64,000 nucleotides of DNA, taken from NCBI GenBank assembly GCA_963668695.2, contig CAXXLQ010000004.1, forward strand, positions 1,248,001-1,312,000. The letters are read 5' to 3'. Shown piece by piece: positions 10,090 to 18,813 of this stretch. Under the pieces are notes generated by a model, which was not told where the DNA came from, ran no database searches, and worked only from the letters and a program-made list of their open reading frames with translations. This DNA comes from Vicinamibacteria bacterium. Lineage in GTDB: Bacteria > Acidobacteriota > Vicinamibacteria > Marinacidobacterales > Marinacidobacteraceae. Both the position numbers and the translations under genes were made by a program. Each line of letters opens with the position of its first letter. The first letter of the stretch is position 1.

Positions 10090-11277
10090 CTAACGTGGCA
10101 CCGGCTTGTCGAGTGAGTCCCATCCATAGGCTCGTTCGACCCGCGCCGTCAATTCGTCGAGAACGACACCCCCGCGATCACCATTCGTCATGATCGCCAC
10201 GCCGTATCCCTTCACCTTGTGCGCGAGCAGCGTTGCCCGGAAACCCCAGTTCGAGCCGCCATGTCCGAAGTACCAGCCCTGTCCGCGCTTGGAAACGCGG
10301 AACCCGACTCCATAGTCTCCGACACCCACCGGGTTGACCATCTGCTGGGCGCCCAGGGCGGACAACACCGTTCGGTCCCGCCCCTGGAGCGCCCGCTGAA
10401 CATCGAGGGCGAACTTCGCCAGGTCGGTGGGCGTGGTCCACAGGCCGGCGGCGGCCAACTCGGGATAGACGTGCCACTTCGCGTCCTTCGGTTGGCCGTT
10501 GCCGTCGTGGGCCCGGGCGGCGTTCGAGTCCAACTCCGCGCTCAGGGGCTGCTCGAATGTGCTGCGTGTCATTCCGATCGGCCCCAACACCCATTCGTTG
10601 AGCAACTCGGGGAAGGGTTTCTCGGTCGCGTCGGTCAGGGCGAGCTCCATCATCGTGACGCCGCCGCCGGAGTACTGGAACGCCGTCAGGGGCTCTCGTT
10701 CGAGAAGAACCGGACCAACATTGGACGGCCGCTCCCCGTTCAGGATCTGAACGGTCGTCGGTCGCGGGGCGTCGGGGTGGTAGCCCGGAAAACCGAACCC
10801 GTCCCCGGTTCCCGACGTGTGGCTTGCGAGGGTACGGGGAGTCACCGGCCGGTTGCGGGTGTGACGGGTCCCGGGCAGGCGCCAGGAGGTAAGGATTTCG
10901 TTGATGTCGTCGTCGAGTGAGAATCGCCCCTCCTCGCCCGCCCGAACGACGGCCATTGCCGCCACCGGTTTGCTGATGGACGCAGCCTGGAACAGCGTCT
11001 TGGTGTCGACGCGGGTACCGGCCGCGACATCGGCGATCCCGTAGCCTTTGGCCCAGTGGATCCGGAAGTCCTGGATCACGGCGACGCTGACCCCGGGCAC
11101 CCCGGCCAGACTCATGATCTCTTCGAGCGCGTAGGGATCCAGACCCTGGCGGTTCGGCTGCTGCGGACGCTCGATCGTCCGGATCATGGCGTCCACGCCA
11201 TCATCCTGAACGCCGGCCGCGGTCCATGCGCCGATGGGAAGGAACAGGACAAGCGAGAACAGCCAGCGGGTCTTCAT
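10090..11277 (-). CDS. Serine hydrolase, beta-lactamase family
   Basis: FQAASISK (SxxK), LASHTSG, FQYSGGG and FGHGGSN motifs; signal peptide from MKTRW. Confidence 0.9.
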   Translation of the reverse strand: MKTRWLFSLVLFLPIGAWTAAGVQDDGVDAMIRTIERPQQPNRQGLDPYALEEIMSLAGVPGVSVAVIQDFRIHWAKGYGIADVAAGTRVDTKTLFQAASISKPVAAMAVVRAGEEGRFSLDDDINEILTSWRLPGTRHTRNRPVTPRTLASHTSGTGDGFGFPGYHPDAPRPTTVQILNGERPSNVGPVLLEREPLTAFQYSGGGVTMMELALTDATEKPFPELLNEWVLGPIGMTRSTFEQPLSAELDSNAARAHDGNGQPKDAKWHVYPELAAAGLWTTPTDLAKFALDVQRALQGRDRTVLSALGAQQMVNPVGVGDYGVGFRVSKRGQGWYFGHGGSNWGFRATLLAHKVKGYGVAIMTNGDRGGVVLDELTARVERAYGWDSLDKPVPR

Positions 11278-11653
11278 CGAGCAACTCCGTGAGGTACGTT
11301 GAATTCTGAGGCAGGGATCTGTCATGGCGTCATCAAGGCAAGCCAGCCTGGGAGCGTCATGAAGCTTGGGTCACCGAGTCCGGCGCGCCGCTGCGAAGAG
11401 GCGGGTCGATCGGGAACAGAGTACCCGTGCGATCCGCGGCCTGGGTTGCGCGATTCGCCAGCCTGCGGGTCCCTACCAGGAGAACCGGGGCGATGCCGGC
11501 CTGGGGGCCGGCGGTCCTCTTTCGGCCGCCGCCGGCTCAGGGGACAGATCGCGTACATTCTCGATCGGACGAGCCCCGAGTTTCCGTGCGCCGCACCTAT
11601 CGCCGGACTGCCATTCCCCCCGAGCCGAACCGGGGCTACGGGAGTCGAAACTG

Positions 11654-12529
11654 ATGGTCGAGCGCTGTCCGAACTGCGGATCCGAACAGGTCGAGCACTA
11701 CTGTGCCTCCTGCGGGCAGCGCGCGGGCGACCTCCGGACGTCGATCGGCGAATTCCTTCGCGAAGCGGTGGACGAGGTCTTCTCGCTCGATTCCCGCGTC
11801 TGGCGGACGCTCATCGCGCTGTTCCGCCGTCCCGGCTTGTTGACCGCGGATTACTGGCGAGGGCGGCGCGCCCGGTTCGTGACGCCGCTGCGGCTCTATC
11901 TGCTGGTCAGCTTCGTGACCTTCCTGTTCCTCGTGATCGTCGCGCCGAACAGCGTCCTCGATGCGACCGGCACGAATCCCTGGGCGCCGCTGAGGATCGG
12001 TTCGGGTCCTCTGCCATTGGATCTACCGGCCGCGGAGGCGCCGGTCCCTGACGGTGCCGTTGAAGACGGCGATCCGGCGCCGACCGGCGAAGATAGCCCC
12101 GGGTGGTATTCGCAACATGTGCTACGGCCCGCGCTCGAGGCTCCGGAACGCGCACAGAGGCTCTTCCACCAACGGGTCCAGTGGACGGTGTTCGCGCAGG
12201 TTCCCCTCTTCGCCGTATGGCTCAGGCTGTTCTACCGGCGGCGCGAGCGCTTCTTCGTCCCGCACCTGGTGTTCGCCCTGCACTTCCACACGCTGGCGTT
12301 CGTGCTGCTGGTGGCCGGAACCGCCGGGACTCTGATCCTCGGAACCCAAATCCCTTCCGTGATTGCCTATCTTGCCGTCGCCGCGATGCTCTTCTGCTCG
12401 CTCCGGCGGGTCTATGCGGAGGGGGTGCTGAAGACCCTCGTCAAGCAGATCGCCCTGGTGTTCGTGCACGCATGGGCGATCTTGTTCGGTCTGATGGCGC
12501 TCCTGACCGTCACCGGACTCGCGGCGTAA
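11654..12529 (+). CDS. DUF3667 membrane protein
   Basis: CPNCG..YCASCGQ zinc-ribbon-like start, RPGLLTADY..GRRARFVTPLRLYL and HLVFALH motifs. Confidence 0.85.
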   Translation: MVERCPNCGSEQVEHYCASCGQRAGDLRTSIGEFLREAVDEVFSLDSRVWRTLIALFRRPGLLTADYWRGRRARFVTPLRLYLLVSFVTFLFLVIVAPNSVLDATGTNPWAPLRIGSGPLPLDLPAAEAPVPDGAVEDGDPAPTGEDSPGWYSQHVLRPALEAPERAQRLFHQRVQWTVFAQVPLFAVWLRLFYRRRERFFVPHLVFALHFHTLAFVLLVAGTAGTLILGTQIPSVIAYLAVAAMLFCSLRRVYAEGVLKTLVKQIALVFVHAWAILFGLMALLTVTGLAA

Positions 12530-12705
12530 TCGTCCGGATCAGACCGGCGGCGTCGCCGGCGAGCTGGCGATGCCGGCCGGCGATCGGCGCTCCCAGCGCT
12601 TCTTCCCGATTGGCCGGGCTCGGTTTCGCGGCCCTGCCGGGCCGCGGTGGGGACCCGAAGACCGGCGTTCTCCGGGGCCGCGCCATCCGTAGCTGCGTGC
12701 GACTC

Positions 12706-12735
12706 TTGACCCGGAACCCCCTCCGGTCGTAAATT
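12706..12735 (+). promoter_or_regulatory. Putative sigma-70 promoter of the amt-P-II-glnA operon
   Basis: TTGACC-18 nt-TAAATT about 75 nt upstream of amt; GGAGG RBS. Confidence 0.4.
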
Positions 12736-12809
12736 CCGCTCGCGAGACACGGGATACCCGGCCGGGTGGCGGAATTCCTTCCAATGATGCTCCCGAGGAG
12801 GAGGTCCTG

Positions 12810-14126
12810 ATGCTGAAGCGAATTCCGCTGATCGGGTTGGCCGCGCTCCTGCTGGCCGCACCGGCGTTTGCCCAGGACGCGGGGGGCGTGAGCACCGTGG
12901 GGCTCGACACCCTGTTCGTGTTGTTCTCGGCGTTCCTGGTGTTCCTCATGCAGGCCGGGTTCGGGATGCTCGAAGCGGGGTTCATCCGGGCCAAAAACAC
13001 CTGCAACATCCTGACGAAGAACTTCCTCGACTACTGCATGGCGTCGATCGGGTTCTTCGTTTTCGGCTACGCCATCATGTTTTCGGAGGGGAACCAGTTC
13101 TTCGGGACCAGCGGCTTTTTAATGGTGGGCGCCGAATCGGGTGCCGACGTATCGCTCTGGGCCTTCTGGTTGTTCCAGGCGGCGTTTTGCGGCGCTGCGG
13201 CCACCATCGTGGCCGGCGGAATGGCGGAACGGATGAGGTTCCCCGCCTATCTCGCCTACTCCTTCATCATTTCCTCGTTCATCTACCCGATCGTCGGCCA
13301 CTGGACCTGGGGTGGGGGTTGGCTCGCCCAGCTCAACTTCTTCGATTTCGCAGGCTCCACCGTCGTCCACCTGACCGGAGGCGCGACCGCGCTGGTCGGC
13401 GCCATGCTCCTGGGGCCGCGGCTGGGGCGTTTCAACGCCGACGGTAGCGCGAACGCCATTCCGGGCCATTCCGTACCGCTGGCATCCCTCGGCGTCTTCA
13501 TCCTCTGGTTCGGCTGGTTCGGCTTTAACCCCGGATCCGCCCTCGCGGTCGGTGACGGAGAGTTGATTTCCCTGATCGCGATCAATACCAACCTCGCGGC
13601 CGCGGCCGGAGCGGTAACCACGACCTTCCTTTCGTGGACTCTGTTCGGAAAGCCCGACCTCTTCTTCACGATGAACGGGGCGCTCGCCGGCCTCGTTTCG
13701 ATCACCGCCTCCTGCGCGATCGTGAGCCCCGCGTCCGCCATCTGGATCGGCGTGACGGGGGGGGTCGTGATCGTCCTCGGCGAGCGCCTCATGAACATCA
13801 TCAAGGTGGACGATCCCTGCGGCGCCTTCCCGGTGCACGGCCTCTGCGGCATCTGGGGAACGCTGACGGTCGGGCTCTGGGGACGCGAAGAGCTCGGCCT
13901 GGCCAACGAAGGATTGTTCTACGGCGGGGGATTCGAGCAGCTCGGCATCCAGGCGCTCGGCACCTTCGCGTCCGGCCTGTTCGTCTTCATCTCCATGGGG
14001 GCGGTGTTCATCGCCATCAGGGCGGTGCTCGGCCTTCGCGTGGATCGGATGGAGGAGATTCGTGGTCTCGACATGAACGAGCACGGGATGGAGTCCTACA
14101 CCGGCTTCCAGATTCTGGGTTCCTGA
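12810..14126 (+). CDS. amt: Ammonium transporter
   Basis: MQAGF, DFAGSTVVH, WFGWFGFN and DDP...VHG motifs (twin His present). Confidence 0.96.
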   Translation: MLKRIPLIGLAALLLAAPAFAQDAGGVSTVGLDTLFVLFSAFLVFLMQAGFGMLEAGFIRAKNTCNILTKNFLDYCMASIGFFVFGYAIMFSEGNQFFGTSGFLMVGAESGADVSLWAFWLFQAAFCGAAATIVAGGMAERMRFPAYLAYSFIISSFIYPIVGHWTWGGGWLAQLNFFDFAGSTVVHLTGGATALVGAMLLGPRLGRFNADGSANAIPGHSVPLASLGVFILWFGWFGFNPGSALAVGDGELISLIAINTNLAAAAGAVTTTFLSWTLFGKPDLFFTMNGALAGLVSITASCAIVSPASAIWIGVTGGVVIVLGERLMNIIKVDDPCGAFPVHGLCGIWGTLTVGLWGREELGLANEGLFYGGGFEQLGIQALGTFASGLFVFISMGAVFIAIRAVLGLRVDRMEEIRGLDMNEHGMESYTGFQILGS

Positions 14127-14154
14127 CGGGAACTTTTTTCAAGGCTGTTACGAC

Positions 14155-14496
14155 ATGAAGCTAGTCACCGCCCTGGTGCAACCCGAAGTGGTTCCCCTGG
14201 TTCAGGAGGAACTCTTCGGCGCACAGATCAACAAGTTCTCGATCACCGCGGGAGTCGGCCACGGAACCCAGAAGGGATACGAAGCCACCTTCCGCGGGGT
14301 GCAGACGCAGGTGAACATCCTGAAGCGCGTCCGCATTGACGTCGCGGTGAACGAGGACTTCGTGGAACGCGCGGTGCAGGCAATCCTGCGGGCAGCGCAG
14401 ACCGGGCAGCCGGGCGACGGGAAGATCTTCGTCACCGACCTCCACGACTGCATCCGGATTCGAACCGGCGAGCGTGGCTCGCAGGCCGTCGGCTGA
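14155..14496 (+). CDS. glnK: P-II nitrogen regulatory protein (GlnK-like by linkage to amt)
   Basis: GxGxQKG, TGQPGDGKIFV and IRIRTGERG motifs. Confidence 0.9.
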   Translation: MKLVTALVQPEVVPLVQEELFGAQINKFSITAGVGHGTQKGYEATFRGVQTQVNILKRVRIDVAVNEDFVERAVQAILRAAQTGQPGDGKIFVTDLHDCIRIRTGERGSQAVG

Positions 14497-14505
14497 CGTC
14501 CCCCC

Positions 14506-15921
14506 ATGTCTCTTCGCGACGTCCGGCGAGTGATCGCGGACCGGAAGATCCGGTTCGTGGACTTCCGGTTCACCGACCTCCTGGGCGGCTGGCGCCACAT
14601 TTCGTACGCCATCGAGGCCTTCGACGAGGACATGTTCGTCCATGGGATCGGCTTCGATGGTTCGTCGGTCCGCGGCTTTCAGGGCATCGCAAACAGCGAC
14701 ATGCTGCTTCGCCCCGATCCGGACAGCGGCTTCATCGATCCTTTCTACGAGGATCCGACGATGGTCTTCATCTGCAACGTCAAGGATCCGGTGGACCTCA
14801 GCCTGTACACACGCGATCCGCGGAACATCGTCGAGAAGGCCACGCGGTTCCTGGAAACGTCCTCGATCGCGGATACGTGTTTCGTGGGCCCGGAAGCGGA
14901 GTTCTACATCTTCGACGACGTCCGGTTCGATCAGACCGTGAACGAGGCCTTCTATCACGTGGACTCCGGCAGCGGCGCCTGGAACGTCGGACGCGAGGAG
15001 AACCCCAACCTCGGCCACAAGCCGGGCCTGAAGCAGGGCTATTTCCGGATGCCGCCCACGGACCCCTATCAGAATGTGCGCTCCGAGATGGTGACCAATC
15101 TGCGGGATTGCGGGGTGGACGCGGAACTGCACCACCAGGAGGTGGGCAGCGGCGGACAGTGCGAGATCGGGCTGAAATACCAGACGCTCAGCCAGATGTC
15201 GGACGCCATGATGAAGTTCAAGTACGTGGTGAAGAACACCGCTCACCGGCATGGAAGAACCGCGACCTTCATGCCGAAGCCGCTCTTCGGCGACAACGGT
15301 TCCGGAATGCACTGCCACATGAGCCTGTGGAGGAAGGGGCAGAACCTCTTCTACGATGCGGACGGGTACGCCGGTCTGAGCGAAATGGGGATCTACTTCA
15401 TCGGGGGCATCCTGAAACACGCGGGGTCGCTCCTGGCCTTCACCTGTCCCACGGCCAACTCCTACCGGCGCCTCGTTCCCGGGTTCGAAGCTCCCGTGAA
15501 GCTCGTCTACTCCCAGCGCAACCGCTCGGCCGCGATCCGGATCCCCATGTACTCGGCGAGTCCGGGTGCGAAGCGGATCGAGTTCCGCTGTCCCGACCCG
15601 AGCGCCAATCCGTACCTGGCGTTCTCCGCCATCATGATGGCCGGGCTCGACGGCATGATGAACAAGGTCGTGCCTCCCGATCCGGTGGACCGCGACCTCT
15701 ACGAGATGCCCGAAGAGGAGCAGCGTAAGATCGGCGACACGCCGCCGACACTCAAGGCCGCTCTCGACGCGCTCGAGGAGGATCACGACTACCTGTTGCG
15801 GGGGGATGTCTTCACGCCGGATGTCATCGAGACCTGGGTGCGTTACAAGCGGAGCCACGAGCTCGCCTACTTGGACCAGCGTCCGCACCCGGCGGAGTTC
15901 GCTCTCTACTATGACTGTTGA
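14506..15921 (+). CDS. glnA: Glutamine synthetase type I
   Basis: FDGSS, HHQEV, FMPKPLFGDNGSGMH, NRSAAIRIP and RIEFRCPDPSANPYL motifs; adenylylation motif DRDLYEM. Confidence 0.97.
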   Translation: MSLRDVRRVIADRKIRFVDFRFTDLLGGWRHISYAIEAFDEDMFVHGIGFDGSSVRGFQGIANSDMLLRPDPDSGFIDPFYEDPTMVFICNVKDPVDLSLYTRDPRNIVEKATRFLETSSIADTCFVGPEAEFYIFDDVRFDQTVNEAFYHVDSGSGAWNVGREENPNLGHKPGLKQGYFRMPPTDPYQNVRSEMVTNLRDCGVDAELHHQEVGSGGQCEIGLKYQTLSQMSDAMMKFKYVVKNTAHRHGRTATFMPKPLFGDNGSGMHCHMSLWRKGQNLFYDADGYAGLSEMGIYFIGGILKHAGSLLAFTCPTANSYRRLVPGFEAPVKLVYSQRNRSAAIRIPMYSASPGAKRIEFRCPDPSANPYLAFSAIMMAGLDGMMNKVVPPDPVDRDLYEMPEEEQRKIGDTPPTLKAALDALEEDHDYLLRGDVFTPDVIETWVRYKRSHELAYLDQRPHPAEFALYYDC

Positions 15922-15990
15922 TTCTCGCGAGGAATCCCGCCGCCGGAACTCGGATTTGAGCGCCCGGCCAGCGACCAGGGAGGCCCTTTC

Positions 15991-17289
15991 ATGACCCCAG
16001 GAACCATTGGAATCGCCCTTGCCCTCGGGATAACCACGATACTGGCGATCGTCATCTTCATCCGTGCCCACGTGGTGGTCTGCGCCCCCAACGAGGCGGT
16101 GATCTTCTCGGGAAGGAAAAAGGGATACCGGATCATTCGGGGTGGCCGCGGTTTCCGCCGGCCCCTTGTCGAAACGGTGTCGCGGATCTCCCTGAACACC
16201 ATTCCCATTGAAGTGACGGTCAAGAAGGCGCTCTCCGCCGGAATGATTTCCCTCAACGTGGACGGCATGGCGACCGTGAAGATTTCCGGCGATCCGAAGG
16301 GCGGACTCGAAAACGCCGTGGAGCGTTTCCTCGGCAGGAGTCAGCACGAAATCCAGACCGTGGCGAGGCAGACGCTCGAAGGAAGCCTCCGCGGAGTGCT
16401 CGCGACCCGGTCCCCCGAGGAGGCGAACGCCGAACGCCTGGGGGTCGCCGAGGCGGTGGCCGAATCCGCGCAGAAGGACTTCTCGCGGCTCGGCCTGGTG
16501 CTCGACACCTTCAAGATCCAGAACCTGTCCGACACCGAGGGGTACCTCGACGCCATCGGGCGGAAGCGGAGCGCCATGGTCAGGCGGGATGCCAAGGTGG
16601 CCGAGGCCCGGGCCGACGCAGAGGCGCGCGATGTCGCGGCGAACGCCAAGATGAACGCGGTGGTCGCCGAGACGAAGGCGGAAGAGGCCATTGTGGACGC
16701 CGAACACCGGGTCCGGATGCGGCGGGCCGAGCGGGCGGCCACCGCGAACCAGGCCGAGCAGGTCGCCGAAGTGGCGAAGCGCATGTCGCGCGTCGAGGAA
16801 GAGCGCCGGCTCGAAGCGATCCGGGTGGAGCGCAACAAGCTGCGGGAGTCCGCCAACACCATCGTCCCGGCCGAAGCGGCGAGTCAAGCCCAGGAGCTGA
16901 CCTCCCGGGGAGAGGCGTCCCGTATCCGGGAGAACGGAAAAGCGACGGCGGAGGCCCTTGCCGAGATCAAGGCCCAGTGGACCGACGACACGACCCGGGA
17001 AATCATGCTGCTGCAGATGCTTCCCCAGCTCCTCGACAAGGTGACCCACGTGCTCCACGACAACCTCCATGTCGAAAGACTCACGGTGGTGGATTCCGGG
17101 GGCGGTGACGCGCTTCCGAACCACGTGCGCGGCCTCACCGGTTCCATTGCCGCCTTCCTGGAGGAGTTGAAGACTTCGACGGGCGTGGACGTGCCGGCGC
17201 TACTCCGCGGCAGCGGAAACGGCGACGACGACGAGAGTGGAGCGAAACGCGGTTCAGCCCGGGGCCCGCTGGGGCACATAGGCCACTGA
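15991..17289 (+). CDS. Flotillin/SPFH-domain protein
   Basis: N-terminal TM, PNEAVIFSG, NAVERFLG, TLEGSLRGVL and GYLDAIG motifs; EA-rich coiled coil. Confidence 0.88.
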   Translation: MTPGTIGIALALGITTILAIVIFIRAHVVVCAPNEAVIFSGRKKGYRIIRGGRGFRRPLVETVSRISLNTIPIEVTVKKALSAGMISLNVDGMATVKISGDPKGGLENAVERFLGRSQHEIQTVARQTLEGSLRGVLATRSPEEANAERLGVAEAVAESAQKDFSRLGLVLDTFKIQNLSDTEGYLDAIGRKRSAMVRRDAKVAEARADAEARDVAANAKMNAVVAETKAEEAIVDAEHRVRMRRAERAATANQAEQVAEVAKRMSRVEEERRLEAIRVERNKLRESANTIVPAEAASQAQELTSRGEASRIRENGKATAEALAEIKAQWTDDTTREIMLLQMLPQLLDKVTHVLHDNLHVERLTVVDSGGGDALPNHVRGLTGSIAAFLEELKTSTGVDVPALLRGSGNGDDDESGAKRGSARGPLGHIGH

Positions 17290-17646
17290 CAGCCTGTGGT
17301 GGAACCCAGGCGGCCCAGTTCTCCCGGTGGGGGCTCTGCCGGCGATCCATCCCGGCCAAACAGCCTGTAGAGGAACCCGCACGGCGTTCTGCCGGCGATC
17401 CATCCCGGCCAAACAGCCGGTGATGAAACCCACGCGGCGTTCTGCCGGCGATCCATCCCGGCTGAACCGCGTCGCTGCGCGCCGCTCATCGTTGCGTTTC
17501 GGTCGGAATACACCCGGGCCAGTTCTCCCGGTGGGGGCTCCTCCCTCACGCGCCTTGTCAGCCGGGCCCCCACCGGGAGAACTGGCCCCACCGGGAGAAC
17601 TGGGCCTCGCCGGCCTCGGCACTCACCCGGGTTCCACTACAGGCTG
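17290..17646. mobile_element. MITE-like element, family A
   Basis: Terminal inverted repeats CAGCCTGTGGTGGAA ... TTCCACTACAGGCTG. Starts immediately after the flotillin stop codon. Confidence 0.75.
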
Positions 17647-18066
17647 TTAGCCGAGCGGGCCAGGAGGGGGCGCGCTTGGCGCGCACGGTCCCCTGACACC
17701 TGAGACGGGGAAGTCACACGCCCCCCTCCCGGCCCGCCCGCGCTCCGCGCGGGTTTCCGGAGCGGTGCGGGAGCACCGCGGAGACCCCGGAGCGCGGATG
17801 GGGGCGGTCGGAGAAACTGGCTCCCCTCCATCCGCAGCTCGGGAATCGGCACTCCCTTGCCCGCCTCGAGCGGGCTTCGGCGAGTCCCGATTCGAGGCTT
17901 CCTTCTTTTTTTGTGAAAGGGGAGGCCCCTTTCACACATTCCCCCGAAATCGCGGGCAGCGAGCTAGGGCTCGCTGCCGACAGTTCTGCTAGCCGGTCGG
18001 CCGCGTGTCATCCCTCCAGGCGCCGTCCGGGACGGGCGGCGCGCCAAGCCCCGGCGGCAGGCGCCT

Positions 18067-18813
18067 TCAGGGACGCTGGATCGCCTTGGCGATTCCGGCC
18101 GCGAGTTCTTCTTCGCCTGCGAGATAGCGCCGGCCGATTACCTTCAGCGCCTCGCCGAGGCGGTACACGAGCGGCATGCCGGTCGGAATGTTCGTTCGCT
18201 GGATTTCCGCAGGTTCCAAGGCCTCGAGGTGCATGATCAACGCGCGCAGGCTGTTGCCGTGGGCGACCACCAGAACCGGACCCGAGGCGAGATCCGGAAC
18301 GATTCGCTGTTCCCAGTAGGGAATGACCCGGCGCCCGGTGTCCTGAAGGGATTCCCCGCGAGGTAGCCGCTCAGCGGGAACCGCCGCGTAGCGCTCGTCG
18401 AATCGCGGATTCCGCGGATCGTCGAAATCCACCAGGGGTGGCCGGTCTCGAAAGCTGCGCCGCCAGGCCAGTGTCCTTTCCGGGCCGAACTCGCGTTCCG
18501 TTTCCGCCTTGTTCTTCCCCTGGAGCGCCCCGTAGTGCCGTTCGTTCAGTTCCCAGGCGTACCGGGTCGGGATCGCCGGAGACTCCAGCCGGACCAGGAC
18601 CTCCTCGAGCGTGTGGATGGCCCGCCTGAGGACGGAGGTGTGCGCAACCACCGGAACGATTCCGGCATCCCGCATTCCTTCGCCAGCCCGGCGCGCTTGC
18701 GACCGCCCGGTTTCGGTGAGCGCTACGTCGGTCCAACCGGTGAAACGGTTCTCCTGATTCCAGACGCTCTCCCCGTGGCGGAGGAGGACAAGGATTCGTT
18801 CGGAACCGCTCAT
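18067..18813 (-). CDS. gpmA: 2,3-BPG-dependent phosphoglycerate mutase
   Basis: RHGESVWN, LNERHYGALQG, AHGNSLRAL and NIPTG motifs. Confidence 0.95.
   Translation of the reverse strand: MSGSERILVLLRHGESVWNQENRFTGWTDVALTETGRSQARRAGEGMRDAGIVPVVAHTSVLRRAIHTLEEVLVRLESPAIPTRYAWELNERHYGALQGKNKAETEREFGPERTLAWRRSFRDRPPLVDFDDPRNPRFDERYAAVPAERLPRGESLQDTGRRVIPYWEQRIVPDLASGPVLVVAHGNSLRALIMHLEALEPAEIQRTNIPTGMPLVYRLGEALKVIGRRYLAGEEELAAGIAKAIQRP

Noticed and set aside
6575-12530. Integrative island or prophage at tmRNA
   Set aside because: No integrase, no duplicated tmRNA 3' end and no phage genes were seen.
12781-12791. ANTAR-binding hairpin (CAATGATG) before amt
   Set aside because: Only one loop-like match, no supporting stem and no second hairpin.
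14161-17124. 987-aa antisense ORF and similar long shadow ORFs (e.g. 53652-56129, 40711-42654, 51962-53530)
   Set aside because: They lie opposite well-supported genes and are expected from high-GC codon bias; no motifs.
17912-17936. CRP/FNR site or rho-independent terminator
   Set aside because: TGTGA-TCACA spacing is 15 rather than 6 nt, and the T-run precedes rather than follows the hairpin.
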